Shown: positions 37,127 through 51,274, counted from the stretch's first letter. The stretch: DNA of 64,000 nucleotides from Oikopleura dioica (GCA_907165135.1 OU015567.1:3348001-3412000), one strand, 5' to 3'. Program-made: numbers and translations. The notes: a model not told the origin generated them from the letters alone.

Positions 37127-37738
37127 TAAGGAGAAAAATGACCACAGCTAAAAACTTTCAAAGATAGTTTTGAGCCAATTTTTGTTAAGAAAAAATTGAA
37201 GTAAGCGCTCATATACGCCCAAATTAAAAAATGTCCATTTTTTTGACTTTTACCTGAGCAAGAACAGCTTTCATCAACCCTCTTTCTTCACAAAAACTTC
37301 CGGTTTTCTTCGATTTTTTTACTCTCTCTCTCTCTTCTGATTCTTAGCAATTCACTCTAACTCATTATAAAAATCTCAAAACGCGTAAAATCGTGCTCGA
37401 TCTGACTTGGCGCTAAAAAGTCAAATAAAAATTATTTCTACTACGGCTTGGAACGCTGCCAGCGTGAGTTTCAAATGAACCCACGCAGAGTGTTCACAGG
37501 GCGGGCCAGTGTTCCGGTTCACCGATTTTGGTTCAATTCTAATCTGATCGCGCCCTTTTTTCGTAAACTTTTTTCACCTTGCTTGGATCGATCTACTTTT
37601 CAAGGTTGAAAGGGATGAAAAAATCGGAATCCGTCTGAGCTCAGAACAAAGACTTTCTCGGTGAATTGATTCTTACAATCAATGGAGATCATAAACACGC
37701 AATGATAACAGTTAAAGGAAAAAAGTTTTATTAAAAAA

Positions 37739-38741
37739 TTAAAATTGAATACAGTTTTTTAAATGAAGAACTTCGTAGAAAGGGTTAAGTTGTTGGCGTC
37801 TATCATTTCCGTTTTGTTGAAATTTTTCGAGAAGAAGTTGACGTTGTTTGCTGAATTTCATTATTTGATTTGATAAAGAACAAAACAAAGGGGTCGAAAT
37901 TGTACGAAACTTACAGGTTTTTGCGACAGCGAGAACTATTTGAAACTCGCGGTCATCCCATTGACCCTTGTTAAACCACCGAAAATTGAGACTCGTCATT
38001 TCCGTGTCATATTTTTCGTACTGTTCAAAGCCCTAAAGAGAAACATTTAGTAGAAATACTGTTTTTCTTCTCTGACTTACTGCATCGCGAAAGACTCCAC
38101 TATCTCCAGTTATCGTTCCACAGTAGAATTTGTCTTCTATCTCAAGATAGCTTCTACACGCAGTTGTATTGTAAGCATCAACTTCGAACTTGAGAAATTG
38201 CATCGTTATTTGATAGCGACTGTCTTCAAGAAACTCTGGCGGAACAAGAATTTTTACTAAAAATTCGAAAATAAAACTTTTTCACTCATCACCGATTTTT
38301 TTCTTACCAGAACATTCGAGCGTCATATTCGATGTAAATTGGTTACTTCTATGAACATGATTGTGCGCGTCTCTAGAAATGGATCTGGGTCATTTTCAAA
38401 CAAGCCACTACATACTTGAGAATGATTCCGAATTCGGTGACATTCAACTCTTGCCCATTCACGGCACAAATTTCATATTCCGGCATCGGGTTGATAAATA
38501 TGTAGTAGATAGAAGGAAGACCGATGATCAAGAAGAGAATGCCACTGCAGACTTTAAAATTATTTTTTCCCTAAAAAGATTTTTTTCACACCGATGGATT
38601 TATAGTCTTTCAAACCTCTGATTCGGATGGTAGCTTTTTGTACATATTTTTGTACCCAGCTGATGGAGTTAAACTAGTGGCGGATTCGTTCATTTTGTGC
38701 GTTTTTGTCTCTCTGTTTTTCTTTCTCTGAGCTTTTGACAT
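37739..38741 (-). CDS. Type II membrane protein with CUB-like domain
   Basis: Basic N-terminus, TM VCSGILFLIIGLPSIYYIFI, then SNMTLECSVKILVPP...ITMQFLKFEVDAYNTTACRSYLEIEDKFYCG, a CUB-type C..I.L.F..F.VE..C...YLEI...YCG pattern. Confidence 0.6.
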
Positions 38742-39976
38742 GAGAAAAGGCTGATAATAATTTCTTTTCTAGAGATCATGCTCTTTTTTGCCAATTCTTC
38801 GAGAGAAAATGAGAAATTGATAATATTTTTGAATAGGAAAAAAAGTATTTTATTGCGTTAAATAAATAGAGGGAGACCATCAAAAAGTGTTAATAATTCA
38901 GGAAGGCTTGGGGAGAGAGAAAAAATCTAAAAATGTAAGTTGAAAGGCGACTCTCAGGAGAAATGTAAGAGCTTGGAGGAAAATGATGATGCCGCTGACT
39001 TTTCGTAACTTGATGCTTTTGCCGTTGACCAACGAAATATTGTGGGCTTCAAAGGTGCTATCTTTGAGTTTTTTTGAGTATTAAAAAGCGATTTCTAATA
39101 GCACTTTTCTTGGCAAGAAATAAGGATTCCTTGGACATGTCCAACCAGGATCAGAATTGTAAGGTCTCGGTCAAAAGGTCGGCCTTTATCAAGATCAAAT
39201 CTCTTTTTTACTTATTCTTTTTTTTTTCTTAGCTCTGAATCTTTCCTAAACTTTGACCAGTTTTCGTCTGAATGACTTGAAGCCCTCCTGGAGCCGACAT
39301 CTTCGCGAAGAACATTACAATATCGAAGACCTAATCATAAGAATTGTGTTTTTCCTGTTTCTTACCAAGAAAAAAAGGACCAAAAGCCAAACCAAGAAGG
39401 CCAGAATCGTGTGCTGCAGATCTTTTTCTTCGACGATTCTTCTAGCAAATGGTTTTTTTGGCTGCGTTTCTGAATGTAAAACTATTTTTTTGGAAGTTTG
39501 GAGTTAAAATCTACCTCCAGCGACTAATGCTGCGATTTTTCGCGCATCATGCGCGTTCTTCGCATAAGTGATTCTCATAATGAATATGAAAAAATGAATC
39601 GTTCAAGACAACAGATCCAATTCTAGAGACAAAGAGCCCATTTATAAAAGGATATCCCTTGTAATTTAAAAAATAGAAAGCTCTTAGAGCGGATTTTTTT
39701 CTTCTAAAATTAGTAATTTTCTTAACAAGCGCGTTTTATCTAAATGCAAACGTATCTAATCCCCTTGTCTGGGCATATCCTCGGTAAGCCCTTTTCGCTG
39801 GAGTAGATAAATCCGGAGCGGGGGCCTCCGCTAGTTTTAACTCGTAGAACACTCCCTGATAAGAGCATAAAGTGGCGATCACTGGAATTGGCGCCACAGA
39901 ACCGCTGTATAAATTGCTCGATCACATTTTTCCCGTCGCACAACAACTCAGAAAAGAGAAAAAAAGCGAGCTAAAA

Positions 39977-40662
39977 ATGAAATTTTCCTTTACAGTTTTA
40001 GCCCTCGTCAACGGACAACAAACCACAGATCTACCAACAACAACAACTCTTGTTTCAACAACTCAAGAGTCAACAACATCCACAGAGTTTGAGTCAACGA
40101 CATCGACAGAGTACTCTACCACCACATCCACGACCACTGCGACAACAACGACGACAGCAACATCGACCACCACACTACCAACAACAACAACGACAACAAT
40201 TGAGCCTCCAGTGATGACAGGATCAGAAGCAAGAACAGAAATCAGCAATTTCGCTGCAGAGATGGCGGATCTTTTAGGAATGATTGACAAATTTTCAAAA
40301 GAAGATTGTTTTCCTTCTTGTCTTGTTAATTTCGATTTTTTTCAATCATATCATAAGCACAAGGACGACGTACGGACCGATTCTTCTCGAGAAGATATTC
40401 CAAGCTCGATCGAATCTTTACAACTAACGATGACAGTTTGAGTTGTGCCGAGCCTTACGATCCTATTAAATACGGCGGTTCCGATTTCACCGATTTCGTT
40501 AAGAGTGCTTCGAACTCAAGCGATCTTTGTTCTCAAGCCACGCTTGTTGAAGATGCTGCAAAGCTTTGGACGGCAAATTATGGTTGTAAAGATGGAGTGA
40601 CGAAACGAGCACTGAAAAGATGGCCACAGTGGTTGGAAAAAATAAACAAGAAATATTGCTGA
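39977..40662 (+). CDS. Secreted Thr-rich (mucin-like) protein with Cys-containing C-terminal domain
   Basis: Signal MKFSFTVLALVNG, ~60-aa poly-Thr tract, one ~50-nt intron, C-terminal SCAEPYDP...DLCSQA...LWTANYGC...KKYC*. Confidence 0.8.
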
Positions 40663-40949
40663 AATTGACTCAATTTAGATTTGTATCTGCTCACGCTCTT
40701 ATTTTACATTTGAACTTTTACTGACAATCAGAAATTTTAACTTTTTGAATAAATATTTTTACAAAACAAAACCGAATCATTCTAACGCTTGAACACACAT
40801 GATTAAACGGCGACGTACATAGAAGAGCCTATTTTGAAAAGAACCGTGAGTGCATAGTGCACTCAGAAATATTCTGCATCAGCCTAAATGAGACGTATGA
40901 ATCGTGGATTTAAAAAGATAGAACAATAATGCCGACATATTTGCAAAAG

Positions 40950-41332
40950 ATGAGAACGATTGTCATTATTTTTTTTCTCGCTTTTGCTGAACCTTTTCCT
41001 CAAGAGAAAGGTCCAAGTATTTATGATTTAAACGGGATGTATATGAATTGCGTCGGTAATTATGGGATTCTTTTTCGTATTGTTTTTTGGCACTTTTAGC
41101 AATGACGAAGATGTTCGAATTCAAGCAACTGGACATGTCCGGAATCGAAAAGATCTGCAATCTAGTCATGGCCACTGAAATTCTTGATCAACAGAAAGTG
41201 TATTTTTTTGACTCATTTTTTTTCATTCATTAATTTTTATTCATTTATAGCGAGCTGGAAGAAACTATGGATGATTTGACAAGAGAACATCACGAAGGAA
41301 GCGAAATGGGATTCATTGGAAATTTTCTGTGA
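40950..41332 (+). CDS. Possible small secreted protein (3 exons)
   Basis: MRTIVIIFFLAFAEPFPQ signal; spliceable to ...MNCVAMTKMFEFKQLDMSGIEKICNLVMATE...GFIGNFL*. Confidence 0.4.
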
Positions 41333-41459
41333 AAATGGTGCTGAAATCAACAAGGAGTCTACCCCTAATTTTTTTAGAAAATAATAAAACTAAGAAAACA
41401 TGAATCTAGAATGATCAAGTAAAATATAATCAAGTAAAAAAGAGCAGGCATTAAAATCA

Positions 41460-42303
41460 GAAAATTGTGTTGATTTGAGAACTGTCACCGACATTTGGGA
41501 CATGTTTTTGGGTCAAGGATGCTCAGGCATTGAAAGCAAAAGGTATGAAAGCAGGTGCTTATGCAAGCTTGATGATGGTTCTAATTGTCGTATTTCTCAT
41601 AGCAGACTCCGCAAGTAAGGGCGTTCTCTTTCATGGAATTCATTTGTCGAGCTTAAAAATATAAGTAAGGAACTATCATCGAAAGCTGTACCGTAATATA
41701 TTGGTCTGATTTCATCTGTATCTTTTTCACTTCACTTAGTTTTGCGACCAGCATTTTCTTTTTCTTATCAAGACGACTTTTGTTCAGTTTTAGATCTGAC
41801 AACTTCTCAGAGACTTCTTTTATCCGTTGGTCATTTTCTGAGTCTTCATTGTTGATTTCTTCGAGCTTTCGTTGAATTTTCTGAATTGCGATATCGGCAT
41901 TTTTGAGTTGTGAAGACACTGAAGAGAAAGAAAGGTCAATTAAAAAATATCAGTTACCATCTGTTTTTTCATGAAAATGATTTCCGAACTCTTCGTAAGA
42001 AAGAATTTGATTGCAAATTTTCTGTGGACAAGAGAATTCAAGCGATTGAATATGCCCAGTGCTCGTTTGCAATTCTCGAAAAAACTTCATTTCATCAAAT
42101 GAAAAATCGCAGTTTTCCATAAAACTCTTTGTATTCTCCCCTTTTATCGAAAACCAATAGAGGCAATTGCATTTTTCCTTCGCTTTTTCGCGAAGGCAGT
42201 GCTCACAAATCCAGCGAATACACATGCCGCCTGATAAAGGATGGTTTTTGAAATCATCATGTTGTTCAATCCCAATCGAATGCGAGAACAAGGTTCTCTT
42301 CAC
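41460..42303 (-). pseudogene. Zinc-finger/coiled-coil/C3HC4 RING gene with in-frame stops
   Basis: CIRWICEHC, CPQKICNQILSYEEFGNH, coiled coil, then CGVCYEKYDN*NHHQACISTCFHTFCFQCLSILDPKTCPKCR*; TAG at 41581-41583, TGA at 41485-41487. Confidence 0.7.
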
Positions 42304-43613
42304 TTGGCTATGAATCTGTTAGTCAAGACCTAAACTATGATTCATGGTCCGTGAACCAAGATCTGACCTGCAATACCAACAAAAATCCGAAGGAGAACGA
42401 GTTCCTTTTACAAATTCAACTGGAATTCCTCTCATTTTCTATCTTCAAGAAAATTTTGTTGTGAAAATGTCTGAAGCAAGTGCTCAGCAGTCATCTGTTC
42501 TATTTATTCAATGATTTGCTTCTTGTTTATTTCTGTCATTTTTGCCGATAATTTATCAATGATAAATACAGAAGGGAAAGCGAAAGATTCTCAAAGTCAA
42601 CTAAGAACGGCTGATGCGAATGGAACACCGGCGGTGTCCAGCCTTTCTCTGGAAGATGGTAGACGCATTTGCGGTAAGATCCCCGCCAGCAAACGAATCA
42701 CTTCTTGACTTTTCCATATCAGGGCTGATAAACCTTCATGTGAGGAATTCCCTTTGGGGAGTTCTATTCTATCTTCAGAAAAATCGTGAAATTTTCAGTA
42801 CTGACTGTATTTTCCCCATTGAAATCATCATTTTTAATAAGAAAATTATTAAAATAGTTTTTTTTTTTGTTTTTCTCTTTATTTTTCGCCTGTTTAGATT
42901 CAAAGCTAAGCTGCATTTTCGCGACAATTCGACAAGCCAAATAATTATTTTTAGCCCGGCGCCGACGAAAAAGAAAAAGTTGGTACCGCGGAGTATTCCC
43001 AATTTTGTTTAATGTTTTGCGGTTGCAAGTAACATGATAACAATTGTTAGCGCCGCGCTGAAACACGAAAAAAATGATAAAAAGAAAACTGAATGAAGCG
43101 AAAATGGAAAAAGTTGAGTCTGGTGTAAGAAGCAGTGTAGAACTCGTTTCATCGAAAGAAAGTATTTTTAGACGCATTATTCCGTACTTGCTCTGGAAAA
43201 CGAAATTCGACATAATCGAAAATTTCTAGAGCTGGTCTTTTTGGTCGATGCTCTCGGAAAATCGGATTATCTATTTACATGTTCTCCGCCTCTCTCAAAC
43301 CGCTCCGGCTCCCCTTAAATGGCAAAAACAAGATGATAAAATGGCGCGACATGTTAAAAAATCATTCCCAAGCCAGGTTTTTGGCGACGGAAAGCGCATC
43401 TTTCAGCCGTCTTGATAAAGAAATCTCGAAAAAAGACCGGATTTTTTTCGGCCAATGAAGCCGTTCCTACGATTCCTATTCGGAATGTTTACTTTTCTCC
43501 AAAGCTGTCTCTTTTCTTCTCCATTATTACTTTTTTTCATTCATCCACATATTCCTTTCAACTTCCCAATTTTCAATCTCAGAACATCAAATCAAAAAAA
43601 GAGAGAAAACCAA

Positions 43614-44536
43614 ATGAAGCTAGTTTCGTTTTTTCTTCTCGCATCATCCTCTTCAGCCTTTTACAAACCGAATCTTCATCTAACGCTCGTTCCGGCAGAT
43701 GTTGGCCCGACTTGGGAGAAAGCTCTGGAGCACTGTTCAGGAAAAGATGATTACTTAAGCACCAGGAGCCATGAATCATGGCCCATAAATACCAGGGCAC
43801 AAGATGTTCACAGGACAAAATTACATCACGAGTCTATCTTTATACAGAACGAAATCAGACGCTGCCGTATATTGAAGATCTGAGCGACCAACTATTTTTT
43901 GTAGAAGAGCTGAAAGCTTTTATGAAAATAAGAGCAGAAGAAGCTGGAAAGCCTGTCTCAGAACTACCCGTCTCATTCTATATCGGTTTGAAGCGAGGTG
44001 GGTTCGTCTTTCTCCGCGTAAGGAACACATGTTTTCAGAAGCAGCGGAATGGAAATGGAACTACATGAAGGAGGGCGAGGATCAAACAACTCAAATTTGC
44101 AACATGAGGTTTTCTATATAATAGTTGCTTGTTAGGAAGAATTGAAAACGACGGTGATGTTATGTTCAGTGAGTCGGCAGAAACTTTTTGGGCTCCGTTT
44201 TATCCTCCAGGAGAATCGGGAACTGATGGAGAAAAGGACAGGGACGTCTAAGGTTGAATTTTTTCAGCTTTTAAATGATGCTTATTTTCATCCTTGGGAA
44301 AGAACTGTGTGGTCATGGCCATCAACACGAAGCAAAACTCCTTGCTCCCCGATTTTTACGAGGACGATGCAAATTGGGTCGCGGAAAAATGCTTTGGCGG
44401 CGCTGGATTCAGAGGATACGCTTGTGTAGACCCGCTGATTGACGATTCGAAACTTTGCTCTCCCGACGCCGGAATTTCCAACTCACTTAATTTCTTTCTT
44501 ATTCTAGCTCTTTTCTACCTCTCAACGAGTTCTTGA
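43614..44536 (+). CDS. C-type-lectin-like domain protein with C-terminal hydrophobic (GPI-like) tail
   Basis: Signal MKLVSFFLLASSSSA; TWEKALEHC, FYIGLKR, EWKW, NCVVM...NWVAEKC...YAC (CTLD spacing); ends NFFLILALFYLSTSS*. Confidence 0.65.
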
Positions 44537-47266
44537 AATAAAGAGAAAAAGCCAGCTTTAGTTGCTTTGAAATTTCGGAAATTGTAATCCAAGCTGGTTT
44601 TTAGCGCAACGGCCGCGACATGCGCAAAAACATGACTTTCCGTGTTCAGCGCGTCTGGACCGGGTTCCGATAGCTTGTTGAAAAGAGGAAAGCTACCGAA
44701 TATCCACATTTTGCGGTTTGATTCATTTCTAGGCTTATTTTTTCGAGTAATAGGGTCGTTAGCGGATAACTCATGGCAAAATCGAGAAGCTTGCGGCTTC
44801 GAGATAACAAGAGAAATAGCCGCGCAAAGCGCGGCTTCGATTTTTTTATTCAAAAAAATTTGATTCGTGATGCAATCATTTTTCTATTTTTGGTTCATTT
44901 TTCTGATAAAATTCCTTTATAAAAAAAGAATTGATGGCGAAAAAATGGAGCTCGGCTAATGGCATTTTATCCCTAATTAGCGCGGCTTATCGTCTATCAG
45001 ATAAATTGGAACATGCCGTTGATAAAGGTTCTATTATAGCAGAAACACGGCCGCGTTGGGGGCTGGAAAGGACATTCCAGGAGGCGCCTCCACGCGCCGA
45101 AGCGGCACCACCGCCAACCGCAACCGTGTTGAGACCATAACCAACCGGTAACGATGAATTGATTCGAACAGGGACGACGAAAAAGGACGACGCTGAACCC
45201 GGCGCCCGGAAGAAATTGAAGCAATTTGGAAAGAAATTAAAAATCGGGAAAAAGAAAAAAGAAAGATACGGGCAAAAAATCGCTGATAAAAAGGTTTTCC
45301 TTAGTTGATTTATCTTTTTACAGATTATAAAGAATTTTGAATTGTTGATTTTGAAATCAAGGAAGAGAAAAATTTCGGTTTTTTTTTGTTTTTGGCTTTT
45401 CAGTAGAAGAAAAATTTTATCGAAAAATTCAGAAAGAAAATTTCGCTTCGATTTCGAGATCGAAAATCTGAGCGTCTAAGAATGTTCTTGAAAAAATGCG
45501 CGAATGTTAACAGATCGTCTCGATCCATTACAAGGTTCAATACACGTGTTTACAGAGGTCCGGGCGCGCTGTTACATAATCATATGTCCGGACAAAGAAA
45601 AATTTTGTTCAAAAGTTGGATAAGCCAATTTTAGCGGGCCGGAATCTGTGTTTTTGGTTAATTGAGGAACACGCCTTGGCTAGTCACGAGCGATGTAGAA
45701 CATTTCATCGACACAGGGACAATCTCGCGACAACATTGATTCGCATCAAATTCATTAAGCAGGATCTCCATCAAAAACTATCCCTCACGTTCCATCAATA
45801 TTATCACTCATCAGGACTGAATTTTATCATAAAATTTATAATAAAGAATACCGAGCTCAATCTTTCTCAAGCATCTTGCGGAGCCGCTTCGCGGCTCTTT
45901 TGAGGAGAAAGCCGCTACGCGGCTTTTTATTGAAGCTTCTTGACTCATATTCTAGAGATCAGTCTTACTGTAGCCAATCAACGGTACTTTTTACTAAGAA
46001 AAAGTCAGAAATCCAACTTTTGGTTGAAATCCGCGGTCGATCGACTCGATACTCGCGAAAAAAATTGGCTGGCGGAATACTTACAAGGCGAAAAATTCAA
46101 AATTTAAATCCCTTGTCATTAATCCTTGACTTACATGGCGCTCAAGTAGCGCTGAGCAAAGTACGCAGAGCACGATATGCACATCCTAATGCCAAATGCA
46201 CCGCTTCGGGCTGATATGGGGAAAGAAAAAGAGAAAGAAATTTTTCTTCAAATTCCCAAAAAAAAATCAGCCTATCCATGAAGCGAAAGAAGCAGAGCTG
46301 TAATAAGGGTGAGCCCTGAGAAAATGGCCAAATTGAGTGAAGTGGGAGGTTAATTCATGAGCTAACTGCTACATATGTTTTTGTAATTGATCCAGTTATT
46401 CCTTCTTCTACGAAAAGAAACCCCGCTTGGCCTTGGTTAAATCTAATTTTCCTCAAGAATTTCAATTTTCGAATACTTTCCATTACCAAATTATCGATCA
46501 AAAAATGAGTTCTTCGAAGACTTCGAGGTGCATGCTTGCTTCGATCAATCATTTTCTCGTTGCGCGCGACAGGTTTGTCCCATTTTTGTAATTTCTAATC
46601 AATCCAAAGTTTGTTAATTGCGTCAAGCAGCTAATTAATTTGTCAGCCACGAACTTCCGTTTTTTAGAAATTAAGATTTTTGAAATTAAAAAATCAAGAA
46701 AAAATTGTTGATTTTTTAAGGTTTTTTGAGAAAGTTTTTTATTTAAATTTTATCGAAGCTGTCTTTGTTGTTTATTTCTGAGAGTTAATTCTGCGGTGAC
46801 ATTCGCCTCGAGTTCTTGGGGGAGTTACACGCGTTATGCTGGGCTTATACACATGTTGTCGCATATAGGTCGCCTCTGGATGTTCGAACACACGTCGTCG
46901 AATGTAATCGAAAATGTTTTTGCGCATGTCACATCCGTGTTTTGAACTTTCCGACATCGCTAAGCCTCTTCTAGCGCGCGAACATGATCACGTGCAACTA
47001 TGTTCGTTTGATAACGGCATGTTAGATCGTCCTTTTCATAATTTAACTTTTTGAGTCTCAAAAAAATTATAATAAAAAAAATATGAAAATGACGCCATCC
47101 TCCTAACTTCAACATCCTGAAATAGGTTTCCACGCAGATGTGCATCCTCAGTTTTGCCTCAAGAATACTCTTGGATAAGTTAATCCGGAAGCACAAGGTT
47201 TGGTCGTACATTCACTGACATGGGGAAATTGTGACCAGTCAAAGACGTCTGGGAGAAGTTTCCATA

Positions 47267-48379
47267 ACGTACCCCCCCCCCCTAGCTCGCTCACATTTTG
47301 TGAACATTTTCCCCTTACTCGCTTAGTTAAACTCCAACAAGACCCCCCTTGGTCGCTCGCTTTTTGTTACCAAAGTCCTTTGGTCGCTTTCCTTCTTTTG
47401 CATTCTACGCCCCCTTGTTCGCCCTCCTTGGTTTCGACGGCGCACCTTTGCTCGCCCGCCTTTCTCCGTCATTTATCCCTTGTTCGCTCTTGAAGCCCCG
47501 CGACAACGCTTTATAACGCGTAGCTCATTTTCGTTTTCACTTTTAAAAGGCTTTTTAACTTTGATTTTCATGATTTTTTCCGAGCAAGCTTATCTTTTTA
47601 TGCTCTCTTACGTCCATTTTGTCAAATTTTCATATCTTCTTCATAAGAAGAAAATTTGGACACATCATTTCGAGTAAACATAAGTAACTCCTGGCGGGGT
47701 AACGTTAAAATTCATATCTTTCGAGTCAGGTGAGATTATTTCTTTTTGACACAAGAAATGAAATTCTCAAGTCGTCATTTTGTATAAGGGAAAAATACTG
47801 TTCAAGGAAATTTCAGAAATCTACTGTAATTTTTGAAAATTGCAGAGGTACACTACCCGCTCAATCCACATGGAACGCTAGAGTTAAATAAAATAGATAA
47901 GTTTGGGGGGATTTCCGCGGCGTTTGTTAAAAGAACCAGTCTCAACTTGAAGATCCGACTATTTTGAGTATAAATGTACATATGAAGTCACACGATCAAG
48001 TGTACGGCATAATTCAGCGTTGATACAAGATATAAAAATTTAACTGGACGCTTTAAAAAGAGGAAATGAAGTTTAGTTAATGTCAAAATATTCATGAAAA
48101 TGAAAAATAAAATTCCCTATGAAAAGCTTGAGTCGAAAGTACAGTAAGAGCTGTAAGAGCGACCCAAGCCGAGCTAGGCTTTGGCGGTCTCGCGGCGAAC
48201 AAGGGATAAATGGGTGAGGAGGAGCGAACAAGGGCGCGCGAGGTAAAAAGAAGGATGGCGACTAATGGAGCGCGCTGAAACAAGAATGAGAGCGAGCAAG
48301 GGGACTTTGATAAAATTTAACTAAGCGAGCAAGGGAAAAATGTTCACAAAATGTGAGCGAGCAAGGGGGTGGGGTACGT
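47267..48379. mobile_element. ~1.1 kb non-autonomous TIR element flanked by TA
   Basis: ~65-bp inverted termini ACGTACCCC..CCT(A/T)GCTCGCTCACATTTTGTGAACATTTT..CTCGCTTAGTTAAA; subterminal CCTTG(C/T)TCGC motifs mirrored; TA at 47265-66 and 48380-81. Confidence 0.8.
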
Positions 48380-50288
48380 TATTTTAAGCGGTCTTCTTCC
48401 TCCAAGTTGCGCAATTTAAAATTCTCCCGACAGGAGTTTTCGTGTTTGACTTTTTGCCTGAATCAATATCTGATTCAATACTGTTTCTTTTTTCCTCAAA
48501 ATAATCCTTCCTCATTTTCACCTGTTTTTTTAACTTATGCGTTTAACTTTCACTCTTAAAAAGATTGATACTCTTAAAAGAGTATTTTTCAATTTTAATT
48601 AAGTAAAAAATAATTATAGTTTTAAAATTTTTTGCTTTTTGAAATTGTCTATTTGTCTTCATAATTCATTCTTCACCTTCCAAAACCTTCCAAAAAGAAA
48701 GAAAATAGCTCCAGTGGAAAACGAAAAGAGACTCCTGCAGGAAAAATATGGCAGCGCCACCGCGTGGCCTCCCCTGTGTCCTTTCCATCTTTCTAATATT
48801 TCGGCACCTAAGCATCTACCAACTCGCAAAGGAGGCCCGTATTATCCGCCTTCCCTGTTAGATTTCGCAGCTTTGCCATTTTGCCATCAATTTTATTTCG
48901 ACCAAACAGAGAATTTCCAAAAAACGAAGATCAAAAAGTGAAGACAAAGAAGACTCATCTCTGGAAGAAAAAATGTCGCTAACGGAAAGTGGTTCACGAT
49001 CGAAAGAAAAAAGTAATATGTCATGTTTAAAAGTGAAGGGCCTAGCTCAATTTGCCTCCCCCGCTTCGTGCTCTATGTAAGGGGGTATGCGAAAGTACAT
49101 GGGGCTGGAATTCGCGACCGCCAAATTCCAAAAATTCTCGACGACGTCACCCGAGAATTGAAAACGCGAAAATGGGCAATGCATTTTGAGAGATATTTAA
49201 TTGGTCCATGAATTTGAGTTTGAAATCAAAGAAATCAAGATATAAGAAAACTGTATTACTCTAGTATTTATTACACGAAGTGATTCTCAGACAGACAGTG
49301 TCACGTGGTCAATAATTATTCTTTTCTTTAGGGCATAATTTTCTAAAATCAAGATTTTTTCTTGACTTCTATTCAAAAAAATTATTTTAGTCACACCCAT
49401 AATAGTTTTACAATCAGATCAAAGTTTTTAAAATTAAAATAAAGGGTGTATTTTCTGAATTTTTAAATGAAGAAATCCTAAACCCCATTCCTTTCTCCTA
49501 ACCTAAGCCTCACCCTTAGGAAAGCCTTAAATTTTCGCGTTATTCAAATTTTAAAATAAAAACTTAAAAAAGAATGATTATGTTTTTTTTTGAACTCAAA
49601 TATGTAACAAGAATCACAAGCGCTAGAATTCAGCTTCTTTCGAAAGAAAACGAAAAGAAAGCCGCGCGTGGCTCTAAACATGGATAAGGGAAGCATTATA
49701 CGCAAACATATGTTCCCGTTCAATGGCCCTTTGTCGCTAAACGAGGTTTATCTTTCACAAAGCGCCCCAAAATAGTTCCGAAACAAGCGAAAAACATGAC
49801 AAGATTTCTGATCTCCAAGGTCAGCTGCCCAGAAAAAAAATCAAAAAGAACATGGCCAGATTTTTTTCAAGAAATTTTCGGCTAGAATTTTGGATGTGCT
49901 AAAAGTGCTGAGAAAAGGGAACGTCTCCTTAATTTTGGATTGCAACAAGAATAACAGAATAACAATATTTATGTTTTGCTGGACAAAGTTTTCGTTTCCG
50001 CCCGCGAGGAGCAAATTTTATGTCTAAATTACTTTTTCCTTGTCAGCTCGGTAATTGCGACAAGTTGGTGAACGGGAAGAAAAACAACTCAGAATGAAAG
50101 GGAGACAAACTGAAATGAGCAGAAAACACAAATTTCATTTTGTAGTTTTGTCACTCGCTGGGCGCCAGCAATTAGCCAAACAAGCATCATAATAAAGGAG
50201 AAACATCCCGTTTTGGATTCATTGCCAGCAGGAAATTAAGGAGGCGACAATTTTACGTGGGGGCAATTTTCAAACATTCTAGTGTCTC

Positions 50289-50405
50289 AGGGGCTTTAAT
50301 GAAAAGCCGCAAAACGGCTTCGCAAAAAGACCATTTTTTATTATGCTCAAGCCGTTTTGCGGCTTCTTTTGAAAAAGCCGCTACGCGGCTTTTCATTAAA
50401 GCCCT
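50289..50405. mobile_element. MITE fragment (inner arms of the AGCCGC family)
   Basis: AGGGCTTTAATGAAAAGCCGC ... GCGGCTTTTCATTAAAGCCCT inverted. Confidence 0.7.
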
Positions 50406-50909
50406 TTCAGAACCTGAATTAGCCTGTGTATAAAGTTTCAAGAACATTTTTGGCTCGTGGAAGAATGTATAAATGCTCTTATCAGCATTTATATTGGAAT
50501 ATTGGAAGCGCAACAAATTTATATATTCTGAACATGGTTTTGCGCCCCGTTGTCGTGCGCGCCATGTCCTTATCGGCCAATTAGAATTTTACGGGCGAGG
50601 ACTTTTTAACATGGTGTTTTCCGAGCGGAGAATAATTTGCGCCGCGCTGAGCTGAATCGAGAACTACTGGCTTCAGTTAGTTCTTGTCAGCGTGCCCAGT
50701 TTATGGTAATAAACATAAACCGCCAGCTGCAGCTATGAGTAGTACGGTCAGGATTCGCAATTCCCCGGAATTGTTATTGCCTCTTGCTCGAATATTTTTT
50801 ACAACTTTCAATTTTTTTCGTCGAAATCTCATTTTTTATTCTTCATAAAAAAACCTGCCTTTTACTTATGACCTGGTCCAGGTAAGCTCAGTCCTGAACA
50901 AGGTTCGAA

Positions 50910-51070
50910 AACCTGTGTAGAAAACCTGACTCAGGGTTTTGAATTAATTCAATGTCAAGCCGCAAAGGTTATATTGGCGAAGCCGCTTTGCGGCTTCGTT
51001 TTTAAAAAAGCCGCTGCGCGGCTTTTGATTGAATTATCTAAAAACCACAGTCTGGTTTTCTATACAGGTT
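50910..51070. mobile_element. MITE (AGCCGC family)
   Basis: AACCTGTGTAGAAAACCTGACTCAGGG... / ...GGTTTTCTATACAGGTT imperfect inverted arms with internal AAGCCGC..GCGGCTT hairpins. Confidence 0.7.
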
Positions 51071-51274
51071 CTTGCGATTCCTACTTTTTGAGGTAAGAAA
51101 GGAAGAATCTTGTTTAGTATCCAAAAAATAATCCTCGAACAGGTTCTGAGCTTGTATCTTGGTTTGTAAACATTTGTCTATTGGTTTTTGATGCAGGGGA
51201 CATCGATTTATCACATTGTAAGTTATATAAGTTGAACGTTGTTTACACTTGTTACCAGCGTTGTTAACAGTGTT

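Noticed and set aside
33182-38741. Run of same-strand genes as a trans-spliced operon
   Set aside because: Intergenic gaps are hundreds of bp and there is no SL evidence from DNA alone
42500-43213. Overlapping ORFs on both strands
   Set aside because: Low-complexity F/K/I-rich translations typical of AT-rich non-coding DNA; no coherent gene model
46772-47211. Two adjacent minus-strand ORFs next to the 1.1 kb TIR element (transposase relic?)
   Set aside because: Outside the TIRs and no DDE/HTH motif recognisable
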